Origin: Mobula hypostoma
Lineage: Eukaryota
Assembly (NCBI RefSeq): GCF_963921235.1
Contig: NC_086097.1
Span: 173,850,001-173,914,000 of the forward strand
Reading direction: 5' to 3'
Length of the DNA stretch: 64,000 bases
Below are positions 62,575 through 64,000 of this stretch, in pieces. Both the position numbers and the translations under genes were made by a program. The notes under the pieces are model-generated. The model did no database searches and was not told the DNA's origin. It saw only the letters and a list, made by a program, of their open reading frames with translations. Numbering within the stretch: position 1 is the first letter of the stretch; the number at the start of each line of letters is the position of its first letter.

Positions 62575-63560
62575 TTGTGATGTTAACCATTTTTACTGAT
62601 GGACCAGAAGATAATTTAATGAGGAATGTCAGTGTGGCTGTTTTTGTACCTGAATTACAGGCAGCAATAAAGAAACTTCTTACTAACTATTTATCAGTGT
62701 AAACTGCAGAACTGGTTACCATCATTTGGGCTTACAGTGGGTGGAGGAAATCTGTCCTTGCAAAATTATTTGTTCAGATTCCTTTTCAGCTTTGACTAGC
62801 CTTAAAACAGGTCATTCTAGCAGTAGGTCAGATTTACATCTGGAAGCTCTTCAAACTTTATTTCACGTTCAAATTATTGGTCTACAAGCCTTCTTCTTAT
62901 GGGTCCCTGCACATAGAGGTGTTAAGGGGGATGAGCGGGTTGATTGTCTGGCAAAAAAAAGCAGTTAAAAGTTTATCTGTGGGTATAGCCTTTAGCAAGT
63001 CAGATGCTAAGGGATTGATGGGGTTAAGAATTAGGGGATTATGGCAAGATTTGGGGGAAAATGGGCATGAGGGGAGACACATTTACAGAATACATAAAAC
63101 TGCAGAATTGATGGGAGAAGGGGGCAAGACAAGAAGGGAAGGAATTATATTGACTAGACTTAGAATTGGGCATACAATGCTTAATTATTCCTTGTATCTT
63201 GATGGAAAATATCACTCTGGGGTTTGTTGGTTTTGTCATCATTATGGAACAGTTTAACACATTATTTTACAATGTAAAGCATATAAAGGTGAAAGAAAGC
63301 AAATGCAGGTTGCACTAATAGCTTTGAGGAGTTGACAGTTTTCATTTAAAAACTTTAAGTTATGGAAGTGACTTTAATTCACAATATTGTTTTTCATTAT
63401 TTAAAATCTATAGGCTTTTTGGGGTAATTTAGTTTTCATTTGATAAGGAACTAGTTGAGGTTTTATTTCCCAACTCTCGACACCACACTCCAGTTCAGAC
63501 AGTGGTAGTAATGCACCTTTAAATTGGACTGCCAACTGCCATTAAAAGTCAAAAGAAAAA
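62575..63560 (+). mobile_element. Nimb/I-clade LINE 3' part: RNase H, C-terminal CCHC, 3' end
   Basis: Motifs: IFTDG, TAELVTI, ICSDSFSAL, FLWVPAHRGVKGDERVDCLAK, LTRLRIGH, CWFC...HIILQC. The 3' motif is GTGGTAGTAATGCACC...AACTGCC followed by an A-rich tail. Confidence 0.82.
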
Positions 63561-64000
63561 GAACAATGAAGAGGGAGAGAGGGTGTGGCAAGATACGGTG
63601 TTAATACTTCAGACTGATGTTTTGGAGCTGCAGTCCTAAAGGTCTGATGGCATATTTCTGCATTTTCTCTTTTTGTCATTTATGTTATTTTGCCATTTTT
63701 TGCACCGTAAATATTTTTGCAATGTAAATATTTTTGCAAATTTTCTAAGAAAGTTTTGCACCTCTGGCACAGTATAAATGCCTCTCTACTGAATTGTGCT
63801 ATTGCAGCTGGCCGTCCGATTTTTTTTGAAGTCCACACCTTCATAACGGCACATGACCCTCACCAAAACCCACGGTGTGACACTATTATACTTCATTCCA
63901 GTTTTACACACCAGTGACTGACTAAATACAAAGATCGGGAATTCTTTCTGAACCTTCATCAACCTCTCATCTCCACTTAATACAAATATTTCAACATAAT

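Noticed and set aside
59015..64000. Preceding VPS13B exon (expected ELKLPFTFLSGHIHELRIHVPW)
   Set aside because: It was not found. The 63720-64000 segment does not translate to it, so the exon probably lies beyond the window end.

Overview
This is AT-rich, CpG-depleted vertebrate genomic DNA. The repeat inventory (CR1, Rex1/Babar, HE1-like V-SINE, Penelope-like elements) suggests a cartilaginous fish, probably a ray (inference). The whole window lies inside one minus-strand gene, VPS13B (COH1). Four internal coding exons are present (58894-59014, 41711-41878, 37817-37998, 15027-15201; 121/168/182/175 bp). All are GT-AG flanked and splice in frame. The introns are packed with nested transposable elements: many CR1 and Rex1/Babar LINE pieces, a Tc1 (DD34E) element, an internally deleted hAT element with an 8-bp TSD, a Nimb/I-like LINE with RNase H, several SINEs and MITEs, and six young Penelope-like (PLE) insertions. 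The most striking signal is that three independent PLE insertions, with different lengths and different TSDs, sit at the same nucleotide of the same CR1 ORF2 motif (IETY-x-x-x-KG|LD) in three different CR1 subfamilies. The PLE terminal repeat carries a minimal hammerhead-ribozyme core and often inserts as a fold-back palindrome. This suggests a ribozyme-bearing, GIY-YIG retroelement that preferentially targets another retrotransposon. Boundaries of old repeats are approximate, and family names rest on recalled motifs, not database searches.
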